From NCBI GenBank assembly GCA_000697335.1, contig JNEM01010440.1, positions 1-56,933 on the forward strand: DNA of 56,933 nt, in the 5' to 3' direction. Below, in pieces: positions 10,746 to 22,123 of the stretch. The position numbers and the translations under genes were made by a program. The notes beneath the pieces were generated by a model. It saw only the letters and a list, made by a program, of their open reading frames with translations. It ran no database searches and was not told where the DNA came from. Within the stretch, counting starts at the first letter, position 1. The number at the start of each line of letters is the position of its first letter. The stretch is from Conidiobolus incongruus B7586 (lineage: Eukaryota).

Positions 10746-13700
10746 ATGGTTAAAAATAAACAAAAAGAAAATCAAACTGCACCAACTGGTAAATATGGTG
10801 GTTATAAAGGAAAATGGCAGAAGGAAAGAGAAGCTAAAAAAATAGATAGCACCAATAAAAAACCTACCACCACAAATACTAAAACCACTCAACACATTAA
10901 ATTTGATAAAGATAATACTGAAACTAAGACAAAATCACCATCCAAGCAAGCTTCAACTAATGACAAAATCACCACCTCAAAGACTGAAGCTCACGCTAAG
11001 ACATTTAGTAAGGGCAAGAATATTACACAAAATACACTCTATAAGGAAATTTTCAGTTTGGGAGGAAATAAAGAAGATTTTGATTTCTTGAATGATGTGG
11101 ATAACGACGATATCGACCCCGATGACGAAGGTTGGGAAGATGTTGAAGCCGATAACAAAAAGAAGAACTTCAAAGACAAAGAGACTTCTGAGGTAATTCA
11201 TAATATTATTTTAATTATTCATATTTATTAATATATTATTTCAGACTGATTTGTCTAAATTAGTTGCCAATATGATTGGAGAACTTGGATTAAAGGATTT
11301 TGCACTCTCTGACGATGAAGAGGAAGAAGCTCCCAAGCTCACTGAAAAGCAAAAAGCTAAGAATGCTGAAAATGAAAAACTCTCCAAAGAAGTAGCTAAA
11401 CTCCTTAAAAATCCATCTAAGTTTGATGATGAAAACGATGAGGAGATTGATGATGAGCAAGACGATGAAGTAAAGGATGATAATGAGGAAGAAATGCCAG
11501 CGTCAGTTGTTGTGAATCAAGAGGAAACAAGAGATTCCAATCATGATGCTAGTTTCAATCCTTCAGAAAAACTATTCCGTCCACTTAAAAAGGCCTTGTT
11601 TGATGCTAATCCCTTATGGTATGAACTTCCATTGGATCCCGTTGAAGAAGGTCCCAAGTTTAGTGATATTGTTCTCAGCCAATTGAAGACTCAAGCCAAG
11701 AAATTGATTGATGAAGATATCGCTATTAGGAAGAAAAAGGAAGCTGGTACTCAGGACAACTCATTCTACGATTCCATCATGGCTAAGGGTACTTTGGTTG
11801 ACAAAATTTCTGCTATCACTCTTCGCATTCAGGAATCACCATTCCATCATATAGAGGAATTAGAAACTCTTGTAGGAATGGTCAAGAGAAAGAACAAGAG
11901 AGAAGCTGCACTTGCAGTTGCTAGTTTCAAAGATCTTTGTCTCAATGGCTTACTCCCTGATGACCGTAAATTAAAATACTTTCAAGATCAACCTCTCTCA
12001 GGAGCCAATGTCACTAAAACTCATCTTGCCCTCTGGTACTTTGAAGATTTATTAAAGAGGGCTTATTTCGACTTCTTACTCGCTGCTGAATCTCTAAGTC
12101 ATGACCAAATTACTCATACTAAATTGTCCATGGTCACCTTATTTTTCGAATTACTCAAAGCTAAGCCTGAACAAGAGCAAAACTTACTCTCTTTATTGGT
12201 TAACAAATTGGGTGATCCTGAGAATAAGGTTGCTTCCAAATCCTCATACCTATTACTCCAATTACTCAATACTCACCCTTCTATGAAATCAGTCATTGCT
12301 CTTGAAATCAATCAATTGTTATCAAGACCCAAGATCTCTCTCAGAACCAAGGCCTACGCCGTCAATACTTTAAACCAATTTGTCCTAACTACTGGTGAAA
12401 GAGATTTGGCCAATTATCTCATTGAGCTCTACTTCAGCACTTTCAACCATCTCTTGGCCCTTTCAGCTCAACCTGTTGAAAAGAAAAAGCGCCTTCGCAA
12501 AGATCGTAAGAAAGGCAAACACAAGAAGAATAAGGTTCCTCCAGCTCTTCCCATCCCTGACGAAGAAGCCGAAACTGCTAAAGTCATTGCTGGCATTTTA
12601 ACTGGTGTCAATCGTGCTTTCCCCTTCGCTCATCTCGATCCCGCCACTTTACAAGGTCATGTTGACACTCTTTTCAAGATCACGCATACTTACAATTTGA
12701 ATACTGTTATTCAATCTTTAAATCTTATCTACCAGATCTCAGGCGTTAAAAAAGATATCAAAGACAGGTACTACAGGGTTCTCTATCAATCCTTATTGGA
12801 TTTCCGTTTAATTCACACTTCTAAACAAGCCATGTATGTCAATTTACTGTTTAAGAGTATGAAGAATGATGAAAAACCCAACAGAATATTATCATTTGTT
12901 AAGAGATTAATTCAAATCTGTCAATGGCACCAACCTCCTTTCATCTGTGGTATTTTGTATATGATTCATAAGCTCACCAACACCCATCCCATCATTACCG
13001 AATTTTTCAAGTACACATCAGAACAAGTTAAAGAAATCCGTAAGAATTTAGAAGAAAACGGACAAGAGGTTGGTGATTACGATGGATTGAAATTAGATCC
13101 TCAATACGCTCACTCTGAAACCTCTTTGTCCTATGAAATCACATCTTTGATCAACCACTTCCATCCTACCGTTGCTGTATTTGCTAACAAGCTCCTCAAC
13201 AATGAGTCTATCGAAGACAACTCCCATCTCCATCTCCACTCACTCATGCACTTCTTAGATCGCTTCGTCTTCAGAAACCCCAAGAAGGTCAACGAAGACG
13301 GATCTATCCAAGCCAAGGGTTCATCCATTATGCAACCTATCATCAATCCTTACCAAAAACAAGATATGCTCTCCATGGATCGTGCCGTCACCTGGACCAA
13401 GGGCGCTCACACTGGTCTACCCGTCAATTCCAAAGAATTTATGGAACAGGATCCCAACCAAATTGCTGCAGATCAACAATTCTTCTACAAATATTTCTCA
13501 CTTGTCAAGAAGGCTAAGCCCATGCTTTCTACCAAGTCCAAGCGTGCTGACAGCGACGAAGAAGATTTCTTGGGTTCTGATATTGACGAAGATGAAGCTT
13601 GGGATGTTATTCGTAGCACTAATCCCGACGGCGATGGCGAAGAAGATAATTACGATGATGAAGATGTTGATATGGATGGTTATTTCGATGATGATGATGA

Positions 13701-14180
13701 TCTTGATATGGATCAAGACGATGAAGCTGATGATGATGACGAGTCAGGATTGAAGAATACTTCTAAGGCTTTATCTTTTGATGATTTGGCTGGTGATGCT
13801 GAAGATGAAGAAGCTGAAGATGACGATGAAATTGATGGAGAATTAGATGAAGATGGAGATGAAATTGATGGAGAATCAGATGAAGATGAAGATGAAGATG
13901 GAGATGAAGTTGATGACGAAGAAGTTGAAGATGACCAAGATTTTGACTCAGAAGAAGAAGATTTACCATTCAATTTAGCATCCGACGATTCCGACGACGA
14001 TTCTCGTGGTAATACTAATTATAATACATATTAACATCAAATACTAATACCTTTAAATTAGGTACTAAACGTAAACAACCACCTACTAAATCCCAGAGTA
14101 AATTCAAGAAACATAAAAACAAATTCAAAGATTTGCCCATGTTTGCATCCGCCGACGAATATAGTCATATGTTAGATTAA
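10746..14180 (+). CDS. MAK21: 60S ribosome biogenesis factor Mak21/Noc1 (CEBPZ/CBF family)
   Basis: Exons 10746-11192, 11245-14008, 14062-14180. Motifs GTLVDKISA, KPEQEQNLLSLLVNKLGDP, ILTGVNRAFPF, HFHPTV and LMHFLDRFVFRNPK, then an acidic tail and the family C-terminus LPMFASADEYSHMLD*. Confidence 0.95.
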
Positions 14181-14995
14181 TTTTATATTAATATTTTAGA
14201 TTTAGATTTCAAATTAATAAAATCATTATAGATAATTTATAATCATGTATTAAAAAATTGATTTTTCAATTTAATATTGAGTTTGCAATTATATTTTTTA
14301 GTATAACAAATGAGTTAAAATATTTTAAGAATCAAACCAATTCAGTGGAATAAATATAATTATAATTGCTTTAATCTATTTATAATTGATATTAGGATAT
14401 TAAAATTTATTTGGGTATTTAATTTAAACTGAATCTATGTGATAAACGATAAATTTGCTAGTAGTTAAAATAAATATAAAAATATATGAATCAAAACAAA
14501 TTCAAAGCTATGGTAAAATTACTATTTAAGAGCCATAATTAGAATTATAACTGAATTTCATTTAAGCAAAATTGCAAATAATTGAGCAGAATTTGAATAG
14601 TTCAATAGGATTATTGAAATTATCATAAAAAGAATTTCAAAGTTTTTAAATTTTGATATATAATATAGTATAATTTTTATTAACAATACATAAATGCAAA
14701 TCGATACAATATTTATTTTGATAACGTATTAAAATAACAAATAAAATAATTGACTCCAAGGCTATTCAATTAAATAATCTCAAATTAAATATTTATGATT
14801 TTATAAACATTGATAATTAAAGAATATTGATTTAATAAAAATAAAAAAGTTTGAAAATGTGGTAATACATAAATTATGAAAATATATATATTTAAAAGTA
14901 TAGAAATAAAGAATATATATAGTAGTATGAATTATTGTAATAATATGAATAAAGAATAAAAATAAAGTGTTTAGATAAGTGAAAAAATAAAGAAT

Positions 14996-15068
14996 CACCC
15001 CTACTGGGGATCGAACCCAGAATCCCCGGATTAGAAGTCCGATGCCTTATCCATTGGGCCATAGGGGC
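14996..15068 (-). tRNA. tRNA-Arg, anticodon UCU, intronless
   Basis: Minus strand reads GCCCCTATGGCCCAATGGATAAGGCATCGGACTTCTAATCCGGGGATTCTGGGTTCGATCCCCAGTAGGGGTG. Acceptor stem GCCCCTA/TAGGGGT, anticodon arm TCGGA-CT TCT AA-TCCGG, T-arm CTGGG-TTCGATC-CCCAG; a T-run Pol III terminator lies just downstream. Confidence 0.97.
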
Positions 15069-15474
15069 TTATTAAAAAAATTCAATTAAAATTTATTCCT
15101 TTTCCATATTCATAGTATTATGGATTTATAATATTTCATTATATCAGATATTTCATCTATTTTATTTTATTTTATTTTTTACTCTATCAAATCAATTTCT
15201 TTAATACATATCAGGCAATATTTTTCTATATATCATTTTTTTTTTAATTTTTTAATTATCGAATTAATTATAATTAAATTCTCAATCCCATAAACACAAA
15301 TCTGAAGATATTTCTATAAGTTTTATCAATACAAGATGATGATTTTTTTTATTGTATAACACATTTATTAATTAAATTAAAGATATTAAATTATTAATTA
15401 TTAAAAAATTTTTAAATATATTTAATTATCAATTACCTTTCATATTTATATTGATATATTAAAATTTTTAAATA

Positions 15475-15900
15475 ATGTCTTCAGTAAGTCAATATAAATA
15501 TTAATTTTACTTAAATATTAATTGTGCTATAGTTTGAACCTGTTAATCCCAAGCCCTTTTTACAAAGTTTAATAGGAGAAACAGTTAATGTAAAATTAAA
15601 GTGGGGTACTGAATATAAGGGAACTTTACAATCCGTTGATTCTTATATGAACATTCATGTAATTTATTAATTTCAAGAACAATATATTTTTACTTATTAA
15701 TATTTTAATATAGTTAATTCAAGCTGTTGAATACGTCGATGGAACTTACGCTGGTACTTTGGGTGAAATTCTTATCAGGTTATTTATATTCTTATATTTA
15801 ATATAGTCATTTTTATTAATTTGATTTTAGATGTAATAATGTTCTCTATTTGAGAGGTGCACAAGGAGAAGACGAAGAAAAACAAAATGAAGAAGATTAA
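15475..15900 (+). CDS. SMX3: Small nuclear ribonucleoprotein Sm F (absent from ORF track)
   Basis: Exons 15475-15483, 15533-15658, 15714-15778, 15831-15900 give [102 protein letters not shown] and IRCNNVLY are diagnostic of SmF. Confidence 0.95.
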
Positions 15901-16028
15901 TCTTTTTTATTTATATCATTGAAATAATCAAAATTTATCTTAATACATCTTTATATTATTTTTTTTAATTTTATTGATATTTATTGTATTGATTTTTATG
16001 TTATTTAATTCAGTATTATACAGCTTAA

Positions 16029-16794
16029 TTATTTACATTTATTCAGGTTTTCAAATCTTGTTTGTTTTAAATTATCAACTAAATAACCGATTTCTAAATT
16101 TTTCAATTCCAAGTAGTTGTTTGGGGAGAGTAACAGGTATGAGTGGTTCCTAAGTAATTGAGCAAGTTCATAAGTTATCAAGTGATACTTTTCTCATTTT
16201 AAATTCACAGTAATCGTCTTCTTAATCAAACCATCAATCTTGGGAATAAAATTGCCTTTTTGATTATTGATCCAAAATCTCTTAGAAATAGTCCCTAGTT
16301 TATTACTATTACTTTGACTCATTCCATCATACTCTTCCATCTCTGCCACATTCTTTGGATGATATTGCAAGTCATGGAGAATAGGCTTGTAGTTAGCGAT
16401 TAATTAGCAATAAATTTAAAAATTTTCATATATTTGCTAGGTGACCATAGTTTACCGTCTGTCCATCTTTGAATTCCCTCCACATTACTTACAATCGAAT
16501 CTGCATCGTTCGCTTTGAATACGAATACACAGACTCCAGCTATTTCATTCCTTTAAGATTCTTTTAACCTTGACGTGATCATTGGCAATTTGGATTGAAT
16601 ACATCCTTCTTTATAGTTCATAAGTATTGCATTCTCAAATCTAAGTAATATTTTATTTACCAATTACTCTTGAAGCATCTTCATAATTCTTAATAAATCC
16701 TAATCAACATTAAATTATATATTGAATATACATAAATAAACCTTAATAGAATAAGTCCCAAAATACCTTCAGTAATATTTTGTTTAATATTCAT
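16029..16794 (-). pseudogene. Gti1/Pac2 (WOPR domain; Wor1/Ryp1/Mit1 family) transcription factor pseudogene
   Basis: Removing introns 16766-16700 and 16660-16609 gives MNIKQNITEGFIKNYEDASRVIEGCIQSKLPMITSRLKES*RNEIAGVCVFVFK...EGIQRWTDGKLWSPSK. After a 1-nt frameshift it continues NF*IYC*L...FIPKIDGLIKKTITVNLK*EKYHLITY...SPNNYLELKNLEI. Both WOPR boxes are recognisable; there are four in-frame stops and one frameshift. Confidence 0.88.
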
Positions 16795-19648
16795 TATTAA
16801 ATTATATAATAATATTAATGAAACGATATGTATACTTTAATATACACGAATCAAGATATAGGTTCTGTATAATTTAAATTTTATTCAAATTTATATAAAT
16901 ACTATTTATGAATACCATTCCTAAAAAATGATATTCTTTTTGAGTTTTTATTTTAATGAATAACTTATAATTTTTATGAAATTTGTAATTAATATGAACC
17001 AATTACTTATCTAATACAATGTTATTCTTACCTAATTCATTTATTAAATTTTTAACTGATTAGTTATATTTAAAGTTTATAAAATTCAATTAAAATTTTG
17101 AATTATTTAAACTATTATATATTAAAATATTTAAGATTTTTTTAATCAGTGCCAAAAATATTCTAATTTACTTAACTATTAAATTTAGATAAATCTAGGG
17201 TTGAATATTAAAAAATTTCAATTGTGAATGTATAATTTTAAAATTCAAATTATCATTAAAGTATTCTAATATTCGCTAAAATTACAATATATTTGAAGAT
17301 ATATTGTAATTGTAACTAATTAGGTCATAATATTTATGAATTTGAAAAAAAAATTCAATACTGTACTTTATAAATCATTTTTTACAGTAAATTTTGATCT
17401 GATTATTTTAACAAAGCTTTAGATTTTATGATCAAATTATTAATTGTAAGTCTTAAAAATGTTCGATTCAATACTGCCCATTGGAAATGGAATAAGTCAT
17501 ATCTAGTGCATTATATATATTGCTGGTTTATGGCATATCAGTCATTTAATCAAATTATAGTGAATTTTTTATATAAAATCAATACATCATTGGCATTGAT
17601 GTAAAAATATTCAAAAATTCGAATAATTCATCATTATTTTTACAGTTTATCTAACAAAATTTATTAGTTAATTTTATATATATTAATTCTTTTTATTTGA
17701 TTTAGTATTTATAATACAATTTTAAATCACACAATATAAATTATTAACTGTTTAATACCTGACAATTTTGAATTATACTTTTAATCGATATTCCATTGTC
17801 AATTACTCTCACTTGTCAATAATTAACAGTAACTTAAATAATGATCACTCATTATGCCTGAATAATTTTTATCATTTTTATTTTAATTATAATCAGTCAC
17901 ATTTTTCAACTATTTTCATCCAATAGAAATTGAGAATATCATATATATGAAAATTAGAGTTAATCAATTTGTGATAGAAATTAGTAATCCTATTTTTAAG
18001 GGAGTTGATATTTGATTTCATTAATATTGATCACTTATAACCATTGATGAAATGTTATAATGATATTGAATTTGATTTTATTTGATTTGATAGTTCGATT
18101 ATTTCTGAGATTGATTTTGAATTACTAAATGAAATGTATTTGAGTATTATTTGTTTTTTTTATAATGGTTTATACATTTACAGCAGCGTTGCATTATTTT
18201 TGATTATTGTAGATGCAATGAATTTGATTCTATATTTTTATGCAGTTACCAAAATAGATAATGACAAGTATAGACGATATACAATATAGCTTGAAATCAA
18301 TCCCAATTCAAATGGAGAGAAGGGAGTAAATTAAAAAAGCGTTCAGAGAATTGGACGAAGGAGATTATTAAGGAGATTAATTATATATATCACCTACCTC
18401 AACCTAGTTAAATCCAAGTTAGTTATCACTGTGAGTCATAGAATCATCTATCATAATAAAATATGTTACTTGGTTAGTTATTCACCCTACCTTGCTTTGT
18501 CAAATTTAGTTAATAGTTTGTCATTTCTTAAATTTATATTATCAAGTATTTAATTTTCGGTTGTTTACCTTTATTATATATTTGTTTCAATGACAGCTTC
18601 TTTTTAACTAACGCATTTTTATTTTTTGTATTAATTATTGAATATTAATTCTTGTTTAATATAATTTTTATACTATACTTTATAATTACTTATATATATA
18701 TATATTTTAATATTATTATGATTATTTTATTATTTTATTATTAATATTGAAGATATATCTAAACTTTTTAAAAATTTAAATAAAAGGAAGTTATATATAT
18801 ACCAAATTTTATTATTTTATATAATATATCCTTATTCAATTTGACAAATTCCTTAATAATCAATTTTATGGTATGATTTAATAACCTTTTTAAGCCACTT
18901 AAATCAAGTTTAATATGTTAGGGATTTATGAAATAATTTTGATTTAAAATATTGATGACATATGTCACTAATTTGAATGAGGTTAATGGTGTTGACATCA
19001 TTTGTTGATTTTTTGTTTTATTTGACTTAATGCTATCTTACAATGTTATCTATTACTCTTATTAAAATGGCATATGCTTCAGGTGCTAAGATTATTCTCT
19101 AATGTATTAAGGAATCAACAAGTTGATTTTTACCAGTAATAATTGTTATATATTGATGTGGTTTTCTGACTTGCAATAGGTACCTTAATATATTTCATAT
19201 ACTAATATATAGATACTATGGAAAGTTCACTATCTAAATGACTAGTACAAGGAATGATCCATTCGAGAATTATTATGTATCATTTTTTAAATAAAATTTT
19301 CTACGGATATAAAATTATATATTTATATATATTTATATATCAAGTTATATAAAACTAAATAATTCAATATGTTTTTCTATTTATTAGCTTTTATATTTAA
19401 ATAAATTTTGTATATTTTTAATATTAAGAAGCTATGATTAATGTTAATATTTCAAATTGAATTTCAAACTATAATAATTCAAATTTCAAAAAATAATATA
19501 CATATATATAAAGTACAAGTTAACCAAAGAGTAATACCTTAACGTTGTTGTAAGTATATCTTAATTATCAAATCAATCCCTTCAATTATAATAATGTATC
19601 AAGTTTATTGGAATATCATATACTAATCTTTTGAATAATTAGTTGAAT

Positions 19649-20377
19649 TTAGCACATACCACCAAATCTCATATTCATCATCATGCATTTTTGGCTTTGT
19701 TGAATGCATTTTTGAGCGCAAGTTTGAATCAAACGCTGGAGCTCGCAAGCTTGACGAAGGTTATCGCACATCATACGGTAGTTCATGGTACAGTTGGAAG
19801 CTTGATTGATGCATTGACGGCATTGTTGCATTAATTGGATCATTTCCATCATATCGCGATGCATTTCACGGCACAACATACACTCACAGCTCATCATCTT
19901 GTTCTGGTTCATGGATTCACACATCATTTGGATCATACGGCACATTTGATCCTTTTCGATGCGGCATTGCTCCAAGCATTGCTGGGCCATCATAGGGTTG
20001 GTCATGCACTGGGCGAGCATGGTGCTCCATTGGTTGCAACGCTGGGCAACCATGGCCATCATGCTACAAATTCTCTGACGCATCATGCCAAAATTGTTGG
20101 TCATCATTCCATTCCAAGCCATATTGTTCATCATCATAGAGTTTTGCATGTTTCCGTGCATATCGCATGAGCAGATACCAGTCATAGCACAGTTACAACC
20201 AGCACAACCACAGCACATTGAGCCCATTGTTCCAGTCATGGACATAGGACCAAAGCTCATCATAGGGGACATAGGACCACAGTTCATCATAGGGGACATA
20301 GGACCACAGTTCATCATAGGAGACATGGGGGTAGAGCAATTCATCATGGGAGACATGTTTCCGCAGTTGTTCATCAT
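19649..20377 (-). CDS. Orphan Met/Cys-rich protein (242 aa; 57 Met, 30 Cys by hand count), intronless, no signal peptide
   Basis: Long ORF forming a GC-rich island in very AT-rich DNA. AAAAATG start context, TATAAATA about 75 nt upstream, TAA stop. Differences between repeat units are often synonymous in this frame (CCT/CCC, TCC/TCT, AAC/AAT, TGT/TGC). Confidence 0.88.
   Translation of the reverse strand: MMNNCGNMSPMMNCSTPMSPMMNCGPMSPMMNCGPMSPMMSFGPMSMTGTMGSMCCGCAGCNCAMTGICSCDMHGNMQNSMMMNNMAWNGMMTNNFGMMRQRICSMMAMVAQRCNQWSTMLAQCMTNPMMAQQCLEQCRIEKDQMCRMIQMMCESMNQNKMMSCECMLCREMHRDMMEMIQLMQQCRQCINQASNCTMNYRMMCDNLRQACELQRLIQTCAQKCIQQSQKCMMMNMRFGGMC
20240..20377 (-). repeat. Coding tandem repeat, 27-30 nt unit, ~5 copies encoding MMNCGPMSP-like units
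   Basis: The plus-strand unit ggacataggaccacagttcatcatagg occurs in two near-identical copies plus three degenerate copies. Confidence 0.9.
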
Positions 20378-20450
20378 TTTTGATAGCTTAAAATTGTTGA
20401 TTCAAATTAATATCAGTTATTATGAATTGAAGGCTGAGATCAAGTTTGAG

Positions 20451-20458
20451 TATTTATA
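20451..20458 (-). promoter_or_regulatory. TATA box of the Met/Cys-rich gene
   Basis: Plus-strand tatttata = TATAAATA on the minus strand, ~75 nt upstream of the ATG. The same motif precedes the Sis1 and 50946 genes. AT-rich background lowers specificity. Confidence 0.5.
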
Positions 20459-22089
20459 ATAACAGAAATGGTGCTAATTTAAAAACCAAGTTAGGCAAAT
20501 CTCGAAATGGAAAATGAATATGTATCCTTATACATTCATCAATTGAATAACACAAATAGACTTTTCCACAATTAATCTGAATATGTATTGACAAGTGAGG
20601 GGGTTTTATCTATAATCTTTATCCCAATCTAATTAATGGATATTGACTGATTAATTAAGTACCCTTTATTGAATAAGGAAATTATATCACAATTGATATT
20701 GAAATTTAGCTTGTTTAATAGTTAGACACGTCATCAACTTTGGATTAATATTTTCCCCTTGTTGATAAGATTTTCATATAACTTGAATAACTTTGACATT
20801 TGAATATTATAGATGTAAAATTCCACTAATATTCATTTTGAGGACTAATTTATTAAATCAATTATCAAATATTGCATAGATTACAAGTTAATGAAAATAT
20901 GCAATAATAACTCAATTAATTTAGAAATTAAAATATAATTTTATAATATCAATTACTATAATATTAAATTTATATTACTTAAACTAAAAAAAGGATTTTA
21001 AACAAATTGAAATTTTTTATTAAAAATAATTCGCTCAACAATTGACTGACTTTAAAGGATAAATTATCATTATATTATGAAATATTCTTTGATAAATATT
21101 ATAAACCTAATTTCATAATTTCTAAGCCATTAAAATATAAAGAAGTCAATGTTCTTTATGTAATTGTTTTTATAAAAATAGCATGATATATATATATTTG
21201 TATAAAATTTTGAAAGTTAAAATTTGTTTTCAAAACCAGAATTTGTGAATCAGATGATATTAATATATTAGTTGGAAACAAAGTTTGACCTTCTTAATAA
21301 ATTGGATTATTAATTGAATGATATCTTTATAATCCAGCTATATGTTTTAAAATGTATATATGTATTTATATATTAATTAGTTTGTATTTTAAGCCTCTCA
21401 GCTATTATTTATATATAATTCATAAATTTAAGAATGTACTGATTTCGTCATTTATATCAATTTATTTTATCAATCAGTTAAGCTTTTTTTTAAATTTTAT
21501 TACTTTAAATTATCAGGAATATTCTTAAATTTTTTTTTCATTTAATAATTAAAATTTAATATTTTGATATTTGATTAACCTTTTATAATTAAATATAGCT
21601 TTAATTTTTAAAGAAATTATATCAATATATAATAGAATAATTCATATTAATAACCAAATATCTATGCTAATTATTAAGTAGAAATAATTTGAAAATATTT
21701 TATATGTCGAAATTATAATCATTTTTAAGTGGCTTTTTAATATTCTTAAAACTTGAGTTATTAAAATAATGGTTATTCAATTGATTAATAACTTCAAGTT
21801 GAGTTTAGTCTATCTACTATGAATAATATAACTACGATATATATATATATTATTCAATCTTTGAAAAAATTGATTTATTTTAAATATCAATTGTAATAAT
21901 ATCACATTTTTATCAATATTACACAATATAATCTATATAAATCAAGTGGAAAACTATAGTTTAGATCTTTTTAGTATAGATATAATGAATAATATCTTTT
22001 TTCTATAAAAATTTTATAAAAATATTTTTCAAATAATACTCTAATTTGTGGTTTAATTTATGGCAACAAAATTTAAAAATATCAGTGTT

Positions 22090-22091
<2 letters not shown>

Positions 22092-22121
<30 letters not shown>
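22092..22121. repeat. (AT)n microsatellite, ~15 units
   Basis: Direct reading. Confidence 0.95.

Positions 22122-22123
<2 letters not shown>

Noticed and set aside
13382..13973. Poly-Ser, His/Leu and Met-rich ORFs overlapping the Mak21 3' region
   Set aside because: Alternative-frame or antisense readings of the GAT/GAA acidic tail.
16029..16794. Stop-codon reassignment, selenocysteine or a GC-AG intron rescuing the WOPR gene
   Set aside because: Intact genes here end in TAA/TGA and have no internal stops. The stops replace different residues and there is also a frameshift. The candidate GC-AG intron near 16437-16386 leaves the downstream exon out of frame.
17440..17480. GTTCGATTC B-box-like sequence ending in CTGCCCA (possible tRNA relic)
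   Set aside because: No A-box, poor T-stem pairing, and spacing to the putative anticodon loop is too short.
20240..20377. CRISPR-like array suggested by ~27-nt repeats
   Set aside because: The repeats are contiguous with no unique spacers, are in-frame coding, and lie in eukaryotic DNA with no cas genes.
19643..20459. His-rich and Ile/Gly-repeat plus-strand ORFs (19643-19834, 19835-20170, 20085-20459)
   Set aside because: Antisense shadows of the Met/Cys gene (ATG read as CAT). They are fragmented, while the start context, TATA box and synonymous repeat variation support the minus strand.
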